Shown here piece after piece: positions 25,971 to 39,424 of a stretch of DNA of 64,000 bases. A program made the translations under genes and the position numbers. The DNA is taken from contig JAJZRS010000003.1 in the NCBI GenBank assembly GCA_021802545.1, forward strand, positions 10,284 to 74,283. Reading direction: 5' to 3'. Source of the stretch: Pseudomonadota bacterium. GTDB taxonomy: Bacteria > Pseudomonadota > Gammaproteobacteria > Burkholderiales > JABEVD01. Every line of letters starts with the position of its first letter. The stretch's first letter is position 1. Below the pieces are notes generated by a model that saw only the letters and a program-made list of their open reading frames with translations, made no database searches and was not told where the DNA came from.

Positions 25971-27056
25971 TCATTTGTTGATGGCGTAAAGAATGATGGC
26001 CACGACATAGGGCTTGCCGAGGGTCGATATCGTGGCATTTGTTCTGGTCGATGCGGCTACTTGGTCGAGCATCCAGTGAGCAACATCCCAGGCCTTAGAA
26101 AGCCCTTCCGGGATTGATGCTCTGAGAATCTCGATTTCTCTCTCGATTGAATCGATAGTGCTATTGCTCTTGCCGGCACGCTCTATCAAATAGCGTCGAG
26201 CTAGTTCCTTGAACTGATTTCGGTCGGCCCAGGAAACGCCTTCCATAGCCAGCGAGTTATATATTGTCTCAACGATGTCGGCTGGAGCCTTTGAGTGAAG
26301 TACTGACGCAAGCATCGTCTTGAGTTCCGAAGCGCCGATACCTCGCGCCTTTTTCAGCTCGTCAAAGGAAGGAGCATCCTGGGTATTACCTGCTCGCTTG
26401 GATATTTCGAAATAAAGTTGCTGGCACAGAATGTCAGGACGGCAGCGGTGATCGGGAAACTTTTCGGCCAGATAATTGCCCACTTTGCCTGATGCATGGG
26501 TTGCTAGGTCGTCCAGTGCTAAGTCACTCTTTAGAAATCGCAGCGAGGTAAGGGAAAGCTCATTCGGTTCGCACTTGAGCTGCGTAGCCAGTGAGTTCCG
26601 CAATTCAAGCTTTAGGTCATCCGTCAGGATATCGGCATCAAACTCAGCCAGATTCTTAGAGTCTTTGCCGGAGACAAGGTCCAAAGAAATTGGAGCATTG
26701 CTGCCGAAGGCAACAGTGGCCTCATCTGGTTTGAACTGCCTATGCGATTCAAACAGCTTCCCAAGAACAGAATGCTCGCCCTCCTTGGGGGGATTGATTA
26801 ATCCCGCTTTCGTCCAGCTAGTGGAGCCAGCTTTCTTTTTCAGCTGGATGAGTTCTATGTGCCTCGGATTACTCTCCGAGTCCAGCACGGCTACATCCTC
26901 TACGTACTCGATCAGCAGGAGATAGTCATTTGTCTCCAGATCCAGTTTCAGCAAGTGGCAGAGCGCCCAATAGCGTTGAAAGTCATGACCTTTGCCACCA
27001 TGGCGCCCACCTTTCTCCTTGTCCAGAGCGTCGGTTAGAAGGTCAGTGAATGCCAT
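25971..27056 (-). CDS. lmuA: DUF4297/Cap4-like nuclease, Lamassu LmuA-type
   Basis: GG....G.DFQ..WA, IEYVEDV, IQLKKK PD-QxK nuclease motif; directly upstream of SMC gene. Confidence 0.78.
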   Translation of the reverse strand: MAFTDLLTDALDKEKGGRHGGKGHDFQRYWALCHLLKLDLETNDYLLLIEYVEDVAVLDSESNPRHIELIQLKKKAGSTSWTKAGLINPPKEGEHSVLGKLFESHRQFKPDEATVAFGSNAPISLDLVSGKDSKNLAEFDADILTDDLKLELRNSLATQLKCEPNELSLTSLRFLKSDLALDDLATHASGKVGNYLAEKFPDHRCRPDILCQQLYFEISKRAGNTQDAPSFDELKKARGIGASELKTMLASVLHSKAPADIVETIYNSLAMEGVSWADRNQFKELARRYLIERAGKSNSTIDSIEREIEILRASIPEGLSKAWDVAHWMLDQVAASTRTNATISTLGKPYVVAIILYAINK

Positions 27057-27337
27057 CGTTAAGTCTCAGCGAATGATTATTTTGGAGTGAATCCGAAACT
27101 CTTAAGCTTTGATATTTTATGGCTTTGCGCTTTTCTTTTTTTGTTTGTCAGGCACAAATCGTAGTATCTCATACGTTACAGACTGCTCTTCGCATTTTAG
27201 CACTGAGCACTGTCGCGTAAAGACATTTGTATAAGCCATCTATTCAGTCACTCGAAGTGACCACCGTCTGCAATTCGCTGCTTTGCGGACTTAGTGCGAA
27301 CGGCACCCTGGTGACCACTTTGGCCGACAGGAGGCTT

Positions 27338-27372
27338 CAAAACAAAAAGGCCTATTTATTAGGCCCTTTTGT
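27338..27372 (-). terminator. intrinsic terminator inside the transposon end
   Basis: Minus strand GGCCTA-ATAAA-TAGGCC then TTTTTGTTTT; T-run on the + side too. Confidence 0.75.
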
Positions 27373-27391
27373 CGATTGACCACCCCAAGTG

Positions 27392-27436
27392 TTTTCACAT
27401 ATATGAGATTCTTTTCATTTTATGTGAGAACCTACA
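27392..27436 (-). repeat. gyrB-proximal transposon end with two adjacent TnsB-type sites
   Basis: Reverse complement TGTAGGT-TCTCACATAAAATGAAAA-GAA-TCTCATATATGTGAAAA. Confidence 0.87.
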
Positions 27437-27441
27437 AAGCA
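27437..27441. repeat. target site duplication, copy 2 (AAGCA)
   Basis: Immediately follows ACA 27434-27436; 4 bp from gyrB stop at 27446-27448. Confidence 0.92.
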
Positions 27442-27445
27442 AGCC

Positions 27446-29845
<2,400 letters not shown>

Positions 29846-29846
<1 letters not shown>

Positions 29847-30952
29847 TAAATTCTCATCGGCATGACGACGTACTTGAAATCGTCTCGCCCGGGTAAGGAT
29901 ATCAGAACGCTGCTGTTCGAGTCGCCGAAGGCGCAATCGAGCGTCTCGGAAGAAAGGTTGGTCAGGACGTCGAGCAGATAGCTGATGTTAAAGCCGATGT
30001 CGAGCGGGGTGCCGTTGTAGCTGACCTCGAACTCCTCCTGCGCTTCTTCCTGTTCGGTATTCGTGCAGATGATGCGCAGATTCCTGTCCGACAGCACGAG
30101 CCTTACCCCCCGGATCTTCTCGTTCGATAGGATGGCGGCCCGCTGCAGGGCCTGGAGGAGGGTGAGCCTGTCTATGGCCATGTGCTGCTGGTAATTGACC
30201 GGGATGACCTTCGTGTAGTCCGGGAACTTGCCGTCGACAAGCTTCGAGATCAGGGTCACGCTCGCGAATTCGAAGCGGATCTGGTTCTGCAATATGTCGA
30301 GCACGAGCGGCTCTTCGCTGTCGGAAAGCAGCTTGGAGAGCTCGAGCACGGTCTTCCTCGGCAGGATCACTTCCCGGCGTTCGTATTCCCGGTCGAGGTT
30401 CGCGCTTGCGAAGGCTAGTCTGTGCCCGTCGGTGGCCACCACCTTGATGAGGCTGCCTTCGATCACGAGGAGCAGGCCGTTCAGGTAGTAGCGTATGTCC
30501 TGCTGGGCCATGGCGTACTGGACCAGGGAAAGCAGGCTCTTGAAAAGCTTCTGGGTCACCGTGAGCTTGCCGCCAAGGGCTTCGCCTTCGGAAAGCCTGG
30601 GGAAGTCCTCTGCCGGAAGGGTCTGCAGATTGAAGCGGCTGTGCCCTGCCTTGACCTGAAGCCGGCTGTCCTGGAGATCGAGCGAGACGTTCGTGTCATC
30701 CGGCAGGGAGCGCAGGATGTCCTGGAGCTTCTTCGCGCCGACAGTGACCGAAACCTTCTGCCCGTCGCCTTCGCACGGGGTGGAAGACGTGATCTGGATT
30801 TCGAGGTCGGTCGCCGCGAATGAGATCGACTCGCCGTTCTTTTCGATCAGGACGTTGGCGAGGATGGGGAGCGTGTGGCGTCTTTCGACCACGCCTGTCA
30901 CGGATTGGAGCGGCTTCAAGAGCAGGTCCCTGTTGGCTTTGATGAGTAGCAT
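29846..30952 (-). CDS. dnaN: DNA polymerase III beta clamp
   Basis: HTLPILANVL, ATDLE, ATDGHRLA, YVVMPMRI. Confidence 0.98.
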
Positions 30953-30965
30953 AGGCTTTCCCTGT

Positions 30966-32279
30966 TCAGTTTCTCAATATTTGTAGAAGGGTGTTGAATT
31001 CGCGTGCGATGTCCGGGTTGGTAGACTTCAGCTCGTCTATCTTTCTGCAGGCGTGAAGGACGGTGGTATGGTCCCTGCCGCCGAAAGCGTCGCCGATATC
31101 GGGCAGACTGAGCTGAGTCAATTCCTTGGTCAGCGCCATCGCCATCTGGCGGGGGCGAGCAAGCACGCGGGTGCGCTTCTTCGAATACATTTCCGCCACC
31201 TTGATCTTGTAGAAGTCGGCCACGGTCTTCTGGATGTTTTCGGTCGAAATCTGCCTGTTCTGAACGGCGAGCAGGTCCTTGAGCGCTTCCTTGGCGAGCT
31301 CCAGGGTGACGGCGTGACCTGAAAAACGGCAATAGGCGAGAACGCGCTTCAGCGCACCCTCGAGCTCCCTGATGTTGGACCGGATGTGCTTGGCGATGAA
31401 AAATGCGATGCTCTCGTCGAGGGCCATGTTTTCCATTTCCGCCTTCTTCAGGAGAATCGCCACGCGCATCTCCAGTTCTGGCGGCTCGACCGCAACGGTC
31501 AATCCCCAGCCGAATCGAGAAATGAGGCGGTCTTCCACGCCGGCGATTTCCTTCGGATACGTGTCGCAGGTGATGATCACCTGCTTGTGGGAATCGACCA
31601 GCGCATTGAAAGCATAAAAAAATTCTTCCTGGGTTCGCGCTTTGCCGCTGAAGAACTGGATGTCGTCTATGAGCAGCAGGTCGAGCGAATGGTAGTACTG
31701 CTTGAAATCGTCGAAAGCCTTGTGCCTGTAGGCCTTGACCACGTCCGAGACGTATTGTTCCGCGTGGGTGTAGCGTATCTTCGCTTCGGGATGCCGCTCT
31801 TGCACGAGATTGCCGATCGCCTGGATGAGGTGGGTCTTGCCGAGTCCCACGCCGCCGTAGATGAAAAGCGGATTGTAGGCCATGCCCGGATTTTCTGCGA
31901 TCTGGATCGCGGCCGCACGGGCCAGTTGATTGGCCTTTCCGGTCACGAAATTGTCGAAGTTGAATGCCTTGTTGAGCCTGCTCTGATCCGGCTGCTTGTT
32001 CAGGGCGTGCATCTGCGGGGCGGGCGCCTTCTGCTGCTGGGCCGAATCGGCCGAAACCAGGTCGAACGCGATGCGCTTGCCGAAGAACTCCTCGGCCATC
32101 TCTTCTATCCTGGGCAGAAAGCGATCCTTGACCCAGAGCAGCACGAAAGGGCTCGGCGTGACGAGCGAAAAGGAATCGCCTGCGGTTTCAAGTCTAAGCG
32201 GCTTGATCCAAGTGTTGAATTGCTGTGCGGTCAATTCGTTCTTGAAGCGCTCGAGACAGGCGTGCCAGAATTTATCCAT
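30966..32279 (-). CDS. dnaA: replication initiator DnaA
   Basis: [36 protein letters not shown]; start ATG 32279. Confidence 0.98.
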   Translation of the reverse strand: MDKFWHACLERFKNELTAQQFNTWIKPLRLETAGDSFSLVTPSPFVLLWVKDRFLPRIEEMAEEFFGKRIAFDLVSADSAQQQKAPAPQMHALNKQPDQSRLNKAFNFDNFVTGKANQLARAAAIQIAENPGMAYNPLFIYGGVGLGKTHLIQAIGNLVQERHPEAKIRYTHAEQYVSDVVKAYRHKAFDDFKQYYHSLDLLLIDDIQFFSGKARTQEEFFYAFNALVDSHKQVIITCDTYPKEIAGVEDRLISRFGWGLTVAVEPPELEMRVAILLKKAEMENMALDESIAFFIAKHIRSNIRELEGALKRVLAYCRFSGHAVTLELAKEALKDLLAVQNRQISTENIQKTVADFYKIKVAEMYSKKRTRVLARPRQMAMALTKELTQLSLPDIGDAFGGRDHTTVLHACRKIDELKSTNPDIAREFNTLLQILRN

Positions 32280-32340
32280 GAACACTTTTCTATTTAATAA
32301 CAAATAGATATAATTTTAGGCGTGACTTGCAGAATACGGT

Positions 32341-32371
32341 ATTCTAGCCCCTTTTCGCATACTTATCCACA
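32341..32371 (-). promoter_or_regulatory. dnaA promoter with overlapping DnaA box
   Basis: Perfect TTATCCACA 32363-32371 overlapping -35 TGGATA, 17 bp from -10 TAGAAT (minus strand). Confidence 0.65.
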
Positions 32372-32402
32372 GCAGGGCGCCATTTTCGGGAAAAAAAGAA
32401 AG

Positions 32403-32432
32403 TTGACAGAGGTCGCCTTAAAAGGGTGTAAT
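32403..32432 (+). promoter_or_regulatory. sigma70 promoter for rpmH operon
   Basis: TTGACA-N18-TGTAAT. Confidence 0.55.
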
Positions 32433-32459
32433 AAGCAGTTTTATTGACGGAGAGCAGGA

Positions 32460-32594
32460 ATGAAGCGTACATATCAACCCTCGGTAACGAGGCGGAAGCG
32501 GACTCATGGCTTCTTGGTCAGGATGAAGACCCGCGGCGGGCGTGCTGTGATCAGGGCTCGCAGGGCGCGCGGACGCGCGAGGCTGGGTGTCTGA
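32460..32594 (+). CDS. rpmH: 50S ribosomal protein L34 (absent from ORF track)
   Basis: Translates [44 protein letters not shown]. Confidence 0.97.
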   Translation: MKRTYQPSVTRRKRTHGFLVRMKTRGGRAVIRARRARGRARLGV

Positions 32595-32965
32595 GAGGAC
32601 GTCATTCACCTTTTCCGAGATCGTATCGCTTGCTGAAAGCGGACGAGTTTTCGTCCGTTTTTAGTTTCAGGCGGGCCGTTTTCGGCGAGTTTTTCCAGAT
32701 CCAGCTCAGGCCGAACGGAAGGCATCATCCGAGGCTGGGCATGATCGTTTCGAAGAAGATCGAACGGCTTGCCGTTTACAGGAATTTCGCGAAACGGATC
32801 ATCAGGGAGGTGTTTCGGGCGCATGCCGGAGAACTTCGCGGGGTGGATCTCGTCGTAAGGCTTAAAAAGCCCCTGAGGCGGGACGCCGCCACAGGGGCGA
32901 GGCAGGAATTGTGCAAACTGGTCGGCAGGGCATCCCATGTCTCGTCTTCTGATCGGACTGATTAA
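32591..32965 (+). CDS. rnpA: RNase P protein
   Basis: [30 protein letters not shown]; start uncertain (CTG 32591 or TTG 32630). Confidence 0.9.
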   Translation: MRGRHSPFPRSYRLLKADEFSSVFSFRRAVFGEFFQIQLRPNGRHHPRLGMIVSKKIERLAVYRNFAKRIIREVFRAHAGELRGVDLVVRLKKPLRRDAATGARQELCKLVGRASHVSSSDRTD

Positions 32966-33146
32966 GCTTTATCAATATGCGCTGAGTCCGTTCTTGGGGC
33001 CTTCGTGCAGGTTCACCCCGACCTGTTCGGAATATGCCTGCCAGGCCTTGAGAAAATACGGGTTTTTTAAAGGCATCTGGCTCGGGGCGAGGCGGATTTC
33101 GAGATGCCATCCGTGGAATCCGGGCGGCCATGACCCCGTCCCCTGA
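32937..33146 (+). CDS. yidD: membrane protein insertion efficiency factor
   Basis: [24 protein letters not shown]. Confidence 0.95.
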   Translation: MSRLLIGLIKLYQYALSPFLGPSCRFTPTCSEYACQALRKYGFFKGIWLGARRISRCHPWNPGGHDPVP

Positions 33147-33160
33147 AATGGTAGAGAGTT

Positions 33161-34795
33161 ATGGACAATAAACGGCTGATTGTTTTTCTCATATTTTCCC
33201 TGTCCGTTCTGCTGCTGTGGCAGAAATGGCAGTCCTCCCATCAGCCGCCGTCGGCGCCGGTCGCACAGCAATCGCCTGTTCCCAGCGCCCAGCTGACCGA
33301 GGCCAAGCCTTCGGCAGGCGGGGCTGCTGTCGAGGCTTCTTCCGAGCTGCAGAAAAGCGCCGTCATCCAGGTCAAAACGGATTTGATGCAGGCCCAGATC
33401 AGCACGGTTGGAGGAGATCTTCGCGAGCTCGAGCTTACCCGGTATCGCGACGCCAAGGACGCTTCCAAGCCCTATTCCTTCCTGCACAGCGAGGGAAGCA
33501 GGGTCTACGTTGCGCAGACCGGCCTGATCGGCGCTGGTATGCCCACCCACAAGACGCCTTTCACTTCCCAGGCCGCGAGCTATGCGCTTCAATCCGGAAA
33601 GGACACCCTCGAGGTGAAGCTTGAAGCGCCCGAGAACGCTGGCTTCAAGGTCGAGAAGATATACACCTTCCACAGGAACAGCTATGTCGTCGATGTATCC
33701 TACGACATCCGCAATACGGGCGGCGCCGTCATCCAGCCCTACGCCTATTTCCAGCTGCTCAGGGATGGCGATCCGCCCGAGGGTGCATCCCGCTTCGCCA
33801 AGACATACACGGGCGCTGCGGTCTATACGGAGAAATCCAAGTTTGTGAAGGCGGATTTTTCTGAAATCGCCAAGGGCAAGACGAATTATCCGAACACCGA
33901 CGACAATGGCTGGATCGCCATGATCCAGCATTATTTCGTCTCCGCCTGGCTGCCTGAAGGCAAGGTCAAGCGCGAGTTCTACACCAAGCAGCTCGGCCCT
34001 GACCTCTATTCGGCCGGCGTCGTTCTGCCCGTGGGCAGCATACAGCCGGGCAGGGACGGGCAGCTTACGGTTCCGCTCTATGCCGGGCCCCAGGAACAGA
34101 ATCTGCTCGCCAAGCTCGCGCCCGGGCTCGATCTCGTGGTCGACTACGGATGGGTCACTGTCATCGCAAAGCCGCTTTTCTGGGTGCTGGCGCTCTTCTA
34201 CAAGTGGGTCCAGAACTGGGGAATCGCCATCGTATTGCTGACCGTCTGCATCAAGCTCATCTTTTTCCCGCTTTCCGCGGCGAGCTACAAATCCATGGCG
34301 AAGATGCGGGCGCTCAACCCCAAGCTCCAGGTGCTCAAGGAGCAGTACGGCGAAGACAAGCAGCGCATGAACCAGGCGATGATGGAGCTTTACAAGACGG
34401 AAAAGGTCAACCCGCTCGGCGGATGCCTGCCGATCGCCGTGCAGATACCGGTGTTCATCGCCCTTTACACCGTCCTGCTCACCGCGGTCGAACTGCGCAA
34501 CGCGCCCTTCATGCTGTGGATCCAGGACCTTTCCCAGCCTGACCCGTATTACGTTCTGCCCCTCGTCATGGGCATTACCATGCTGCTGCAGACGAAGATG
34601 AATCCCGCCCCGCCCGATCCGATCCAGGCGAAGGTGATGCAGATCATGCCGATCGCATTCAGCATTTTCTTCTTCTTCTTCCCCGCCGGTCTCGTGCTTT
34701 ACTGGCTGGTGAACAACGTGCTCTCCATTTCCCAGCAATGGTACATCACCCGCATGATCGGAAAGGAAACCGCCGCCGCCCATGCCAAGCGGTGA
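33161..34795 (+). CDS. yidC: membrane insertase YidC
   Basis: VDYGW, NWGIAI, NPLGGCLP, LYWLVNN. Confidence 0.97.
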   Translation: MDNKRLIVFLIFSLSVLLLWQKWQSSHQPPSAPVAQQSPVPSAQLTEAKPSAGGAAVEASSELQKSAVIQVKTDLMQAQISTVGGDLRELELTRYRDAKDASKPYSFLHSEGSRVYVAQTGLIGAGMPTHKTPFTSQAASYALQSGKDTLEVKLEAPENAGFKVEKIYTFHRNSYVVDVSYDIRNTGGAVIQPYAYFQLLRDGDPPEGASRFAKTYTGAAVYTEKSKFVKADFSEIAKGKTNYPNTDDNGWIAMIQHYFVSAWLPEGKVKREFYTKQLGPDLYSAGVVLPVGSIQPGRDGQLTVPLYAGPQEQNLLAKLAPGLDLVVDYGWVTVIAKPLFWVLALFYKWVQNWGIAIVLLTVCIKLIFFPLSAASYKSMAKMRALNPKLQVLKEQYGEDKQRMNQAMMELYKTEKVNPLGGCLPIAVQIPVFIALYTVLLTAVELRNAPFMLWIQDLSQPDPYYVLPLVMGITMLLQTKMNPAPPDPIQAKVMQIMPIAFSIFFFFFPAGLVLYWLVNNVLSISQQWYITRMIGKETAAAHAKR

Positions 34796-36107
34796 CACCA
34801 TCGCGGCCATAGCGACGCCTCCGGGCAAGGGGGGGGTCGGCGTGGTACGCATCTCCGGGCCCGGCGTCAGGCAAATGATGCCGGGACTCCTCGCGAGACC
34901 GATCGATCCAAGGCAGGCCACGCTGTGCCGATTTCACGACGAAAAAGGCCGCGTCATCGATTTCGGCCTCGCCCTCTTTTTCGAAGGCCCGCGTTCATTC
35001 ACGGGAGAGGATGTGCTCGAGCTGCAGGGCCATGGCGGACAGGTCGTGCTAGGCATGGTGCTCTCGCGCTGCCTGGAACTCGGGGCGAGCATCGCCGAAC
35101 CGGGCGAATTCACGCGCCGCGCATTTCTAAACGACAAGATCGATCTTGCCCAGGCGGAAAGCGTGGCCGATCTGATCGATGCGGCCACACAAGGCGCTGC
35201 CCGCAGCGCGATTCGCTCGCTTTCCGGGGAATTTTCCAGAAGGGTTCACGAACTGGTGGATGGCCTGATAGAGCTTCGCATGCTTGTCGAGGCCACCCTG
35301 GATTTTCCTGAGGAAGAAATCGATTTCCTTGAGGCTACCGACGCTTACAAGAAACTGGAAGGCATTCTGGATCGGCTCGAGAGCGTGCTCGAATCAGCCA
35401 GGCAGGGGAGCCTTTTGAGAAGCGGCATCCATGTCGTCTTCGCCGGGCAGCCCAACGTCGGCAAGTCCAGCTTGCTGAACAGGCTTTCCGGGGAAGAGGT
35501 CGCCATCGTCACCGACATTCCCGGCACGACCCGGGACGCCATCAGGCAGTTTCTCGAGGTCGAGGGCTTCCCCATTCATGTGGTCGATACGGCAGGACTC
35601 AGGCAATCTGAAGATCCCGTCGAGAGGATCGGAATGGCTAGGACCAGAGAAGCGATAGAAAAGTCCGACCTGATCCTCTACATTGCGGATTCAGCAAAAG
35701 GGATAGACGAAGAGGACAGGAAAATATTGGAGAGCCTGCCCGATCTTCCCGTGCAGATCGTGCTGAACAAGGCCGATCTATCGAACAGCGCATTCGGTTT
35801 GCTCGAGACCGGAGAGGTCAGCATTTCCGCGAAGACGGGGGAAGGCGTTGATGCGCTGAAGAAGCGCCTTCTTGATTTGCTTTCCCTGCACGAGCCCGGC
35901 GAGAACCAGTTCATTGCGAGGCAAAGGCATGTTTCTGCGCTGCGCGAAGCAAAAGAGGCGATCGAATGCGCCGGGACCTCGGCTGGCGTTGAAATTTTCG
36001 CCGAGGATCTGCGCCGCGCGCAGGTTTCTCTTTCACGAATCACGGGCGAATTCAGCCCGGACGACCTGCTCGGTGAGATTTTCAGTCGCTTCTGCATCGG
36101 CAAGTAA
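34782..36107 (+). CDS. mnmE: tRNA modification GTPase
   Basis: DTIAAIAT, GQPNVGKSS, GTTRD, DTAG, FCIGK. Confidence 0.97.
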   Translation: MPSGDTIAAIATPPGKGGVGVVRISGPGVRQMMPGLLARPIDPRQATLCRFHDEKGRVIDFGLALFFEGPRSFTGEDVLELQGHGGQVVLGMVLSRCLELGASIAEPGEFTRRAFLNDKIDLAQAESVADLIDAATQGAARSAIRSLSGEFSRRVHELVDGLIELRMLVEATLDFPEEEIDFLEATDAYKKLEGILDRLESVLESARQGSLLRSGIHVVFAGQPNVGKSSLLNRLSGEEVAIVTDIPGTTRDAIRQFLEVEGFPIHVVDTAGLRQSEDPVERIGMARTREAIEKSDLILYIADSAKGIDEEDRKILESLPDLPVQIVLNKADLSNSAFGLLETGEVSISAKTGEGVDALKKRLLDLLSLHEPGENQFIARQRHVSALREAKEAIECAGTSAGVEIFAEDLRRAQVSLSRITGEFSPDDLLGEIFSRFCIGK

Positions 36108-36123
36108 CGTTCCACGTGAAACA
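36108..36123. promoter_or_regulatory. parS site
   Basis: CGTTCCACGTGAAACA directly after mnmE stop. Confidence 0.8.
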
Positions 36124-36178
36124 CTACCTGAAGCAAAAGTGGAGTATCATTCACACCTCGGTCTGATCTTCACGAAAA

Positions 36179-38044
36179 ATGCAAAATTTTGATGTCATCG
36201 TAGTCGGCGGCGGCCATGCGGGAACCGAAGCGGCGCTCGCATCGGCCAGAATGGGCAGGAAAACCCTGCTGCTCACGCACAACATCGAAACGCTCGGGCA
36301 GATGTCCTGCAATCCCGCCATAGGCGGCATAGGCAAGGGGCATCTTGTCAGGGAGATCGATGCGCTGGGCGGCGCAATGGCGCTTGCCGCGGACGAGGCG
36401 GGCATCCAGTTCAGGACGTTGAATGCAAGCAAGGGGTATGCTGTCCGGGCAACCCGCGCCCAGGCCGACAGAATGCTGTACAGGCAGGCGATCCGGAGCA
36501 GGGTCGAATCCCAACCCAATTTATGGCTATTCCAGCAGGCGGTCGACGACCTGATCCTGGAGGGGGACAGGGTCGCGGGCGTCGTGACCCAGCTCGGCAT
36601 CAGGATTTCCGGAAAAGCGGTCGTGCTTACTGCGGGCACATTTCTTTCGGGCTTGATCCATGTCGGGCTGAAGAATTACCAGGCGGGAAGGGCTGGGGAC
36701 CCGCCCTCGATCAGCCTTGCGGCCAGGCTGCGCGAGCTGGCATTGCCGGTCGGCAGGCTGAAGACGGGCACCCCACCCAGGATTCACGGTGCAAGCATCG
36801 ATTATTCCGAGCTGGCCATGCAGCCCGGAGACGATCCCGTTCCTGTCTTTTCTTTCGTCGGGAGCGCCGACCTCCATCCGCGCCAGGTGCCGTGCTGGAT
36901 CACGCACACCAACGAGAAGACGCACGAAATCATCCGCGGCGGACTTGACCGATCCCCAATGTTCACAGGCGTTATTGAGGGAGTGGGTCCTCGCTACTGC
37001 CCCTCCATCGAGGACAAGGTTACGCGCTTTGCGGAAAGGACAAGCCACCAGATTTTCCTCGAGCCGGAAGGGCTGAATACGCACGAAGTCTATCCGAACG
37101 GCATTTCGACCAGCCTGCCCTATGACGTGCAGGTCGAACTGATCCATTCGATGAAGGGGCTGGAAAATGCGCACGTCACGCGCCCCGGGTATGCCATCGA
37201 ATACGACTACTTCGATCCGACGGGCCTCAAGAGTTCTCTGGAAACGAAGGCTATCGCCAATCTCTATTTCGCCGGACAGATCAACGGGACGACCGGCTAC
37301 GAAGAAGCGGCCGCCCAGGGAATACTGGCGGGCATCAATGCTGCGTTGAGATCCGAGGACAAGGAAGCCTGGAGCCCGAAGCGGAACCAGGCCTATATCG
37401 GCGTGATGGTCGACGATCTGGTCACCAAGGGCGTGACCGAGCCTTACAGGATGTTCACCAGCCGGGCGGAATTTCGCCTGACGCTGAGGGAGGACAACGC
37501 GGATCTGAGGCTCACTGAAACCGGAAGGGAACTCGGTGCTGTGGATGACGCAAGGTGGCGGGCATTCTGCGAGAAAAGGGAGGCGATCGAGCGGGAGTCT
37601 TCCAGGCTCAAGTCCACCTGGGTGAATCCGAAGCTGGCATCCCAGGAGCACATTGAAAAGGTGCTCGGCAAATCCATCGAGCGAGAATACAGCCTGTACG
37701 AGCTCTTGAGGCGCCCTGACGTGAATTACGAAGCGCTGGTGGCGCTCGGTGAAAGGGCGGAAGTGGCGCCGGAGGTGGCGAGCCAGGTCGAAATCCAGGC
37801 GAAATACGGCGGCTACATCGAGCGGCAGGAGCTCGAGATCGCGAGAAGGATGGAATATGAGGCGCTCCGTCTGCCGATGGACGTCGATTATGCGCAAGTG
37901 AAAGGGCTCTCTGCCGAAACCTGGCAGATCCTCAACCGCCACAAGCCCGAGACCATCGGGCAGGCGTCGCGGCTTTCTGGCATCACGCCGGCTGCGGTGT
38001 CCCTGCTTCTTGTGCACCAGAAGCGCGGGTTTTCGGCCGCATGA
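36179..38044 (+). CDS. mnmG: tRNA uridine modification enzyme
   Basis: [37 protein letters not shown]. Confidence 0.97.
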   Translation: MQNFDVIVVGGGHAGTEAALASARMGRKTLLLTHNIETLGQMSCNPAIGGIGKGHLVREIDALGGAMALAADEAGIQFRTLNASKGYAVRATRAQADRMLYRQAIRSRVESQPNLWLFQQAVDDLILEGDRVAGVVTQLGIRISGKAVVLTAGTFLSGLIHVGLKNYQAGRAGDPPSISLAARLRELALPVGRLKTGTPPRIHGASIDYSELAMQPGDDPVPVFSFVGSADLHPRQVPCWITHTNEKTHEIIRGGLDRSPMFTGVIEGVGPRYCPSIEDKVTRFAERTSHQIFLEPEGLNTHEVYPNGISTSLPYDVQVELIHSMKGLENAHVTRPGYAIEYDYFDPTGLKSSLETKAIANLYFAGQINGTTGYEEAAAQGILAGINAALRSEDKEAWSPKRNQAYIGVMVDDLVTKGVTEPYRMFTSRAEFRLTLREDNADLRLTETGRELGAVDDARWRAFCEKREAIERESSRLKSTWVNPKLASQEHIEKVLGKSIEREYSLYELLRRPDVNYEALVALGERAEVAPEVASQVEIQAKYGGYIERQELEIARRMEYEALRLPMDVDYAQVKGLSAETWQILNRHKPETIGQASRLSGITPAAVSLLLVHQKRGFSAA

Positions 38045-38646
38045 ACCTTCGCCAGGGAATCGAAGCGCTCGATCTCGACATTCCGAGCTCACGAATCGAA
38101 AAGCTCGAGGCTTATGTCGGCCTGATCGAAAAGTGGAACAAGGTGTACAACCTGACTGCGATCAGGGACAGGGAAAAAATGGTCAGCCACCATCTGCTCG
38201 ACAGCCTTTCAATCCTGCCGCACATCGAAGCAAGAAGCGTTGCGGACGTCGGCAGCGGAGCTGGGCTGCCGGGCATTCCGCTTGCGATAGCGCGGCCCGA
38301 TTGGCAGGTGACGCTCATCGAGAGCAACCAGAAGAAGGCGGCGTTCCTCAGACAGGCGGTCATCGAGTTGGGCCTGAAGAATGCTGGGGTGCTGGCAGAG
38401 AGGGTCGAAGCGGTCGGGGAAGGAAAATTTGATCTTGTCACATCGCGCGCATTTTCGGAAATAGGCGAATTCCTGCGCTTATCCGGGCATCTGGGAAAGC
38501 GTTTTGCCGCGATGAAGGGGCAATATCCCGAGAAAGAGCTGGCGCAATTGCCCGAGCGGGTTGTAGTCGAAGCGGTCATTCCCCTCGAAGTTCCGGGTTT
38601 GGAAGGGGAGAGGCATCTGGTCATCATGAAACTGGAGACGGATTAG
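38041..38646 (+). CDS. rsmG: 16S rRNA m7G527 methyltransferase
   Basis: [22 protein letters not shown]. Confidence 0.96.
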   Translation: MNLRQGIEALDLDIPSSRIEKLEAYVGLIEKWNKVYNLTAIRDREKMVSHHLLDSLSILPHIEARSVADVGSGAGLPGIPLAIARPDWQVTLIESNQKKAAFLRQAVIELGLKNAGVLAERVEAVGEGKFDLVTSRAFSEIGEFLRLSGHLGKRFAAMKGQYPEKELAQLPERVVVEAVIPLEVPGLEGERHLVIMKLETD

Positions 38647-38647
38647 C

Positions 38648-39415
38648 ATGGCGAGAATATTGGCGATTACCAATCAAAAGGGCGGCGTGGGGAAGACAAC
38701 CACGACGGTCAACCTTGGCGCGAGCCTCGCGGCCGCGAGGCAGAAAGTGCTGCTGGTCGATCTCGATCCGCAGGGCAATGCCACGATGGGGAGCGGGGTG
38801 GACAAAGCCGCCTTGTCCAGGACCGTCTATCATCTGCTTCTGAAGGAACGCTCGCTCGAAGAGGTCAGGGTCGCCTCACCCGCGGGAAGCTACGACCTGC
38901 TGCCGGCCAACCGGGATCTCGCTGGGGCTGAAGTCGAGCTCGTCGACGAAGAGGGAAGGGAATCCAGGCTCAAGGATGCGCTTGCTGCCGTATCGGAAAA
39001 CTACGATTACATCCTGATAGACTGCCCTCCTGCGCTCAATTTGCTCACGGTCAACGGTCTGTGCGCGGCGGATGCCGTGATGATTCCGATGCAGTGCGAG
39101 TACTATGCGCTGGAAGGACTCTCCGACCTCATCAGGACGATCAAAAGGGTGCGCTCCAATCTCAACCCCGAGCTGCAGATAGAAGGACTGCTTCGCACCA
39201 TGTTCGATCCTAGAAACATGCTTGCGCAACAGGTGTCGGACCAGTTGCAGCAGCATTTCGGAGACAAGGTATACCGTACCGTGATCCCGCGCAATGTCAG
39301 GCTGGCCGAAGCGCCGAGCTACGGGCTGCCTGCGATGGTTCACGACAGGAATTCGAAGGGGGCCGCGGCCTATCTGACATTGGCCGGGGAAATCCTCAAC
39401 AGGCATCATTCATAA
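38648..39415 (+). CDS. parA: chromosome partitioning ATPase
   Basis: NQKGGVGKTT, DLDPQGNA, IDCPP, RLAEAPS. Confidence 0.96.
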   Translation: MARILAITNQKGGVGKTTTTVNLGASLAAARQKVLLVDLDPQGNATMGSGVDKAALSRTVYHLLLKERSLEEVRVASPAGSYDLLPANRDLAGAEVELVDEEGRESRLKDALAAVSENYDYILIDCPPALNLLTVNGLCAADAVMIPMQCEYYALEGLSDLIRTIKRVRSNLNPELQIEGLLRTMFDPRNMLAQQVSDQLQQHFGDKVYRTVIPRNVRLAEAPSYGLPAMVHDRNSKGAAAYLTLAGEILNRHHS

Positions 39416-39424
39416 GGGACGAAG

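Larger units (their letters stand above)
14661..27436 (-). mobile_element. complete Tn7-like transposon inserted downstream of gyrB
   Basis: TGT...ACA ends, TIRs 22/25 identical, 5-bp TSD, tnsA-tnsB-tnsC-tniQ operon, AT-richer cargo. Confidence 0.93.

Noticed and set aside
25762-25974. 70-aa ORF as possible lmuC
   Set aside because: Mostly overlaps lmuB out of frame and has no recognisable features
14661-27436. CRISPR-associated transposon (CAST)
   Set aside because: No cas-like ORF and no repeat-spacer array found in any intergenic gap; the 18-bp end repeats are TnsB-type sites
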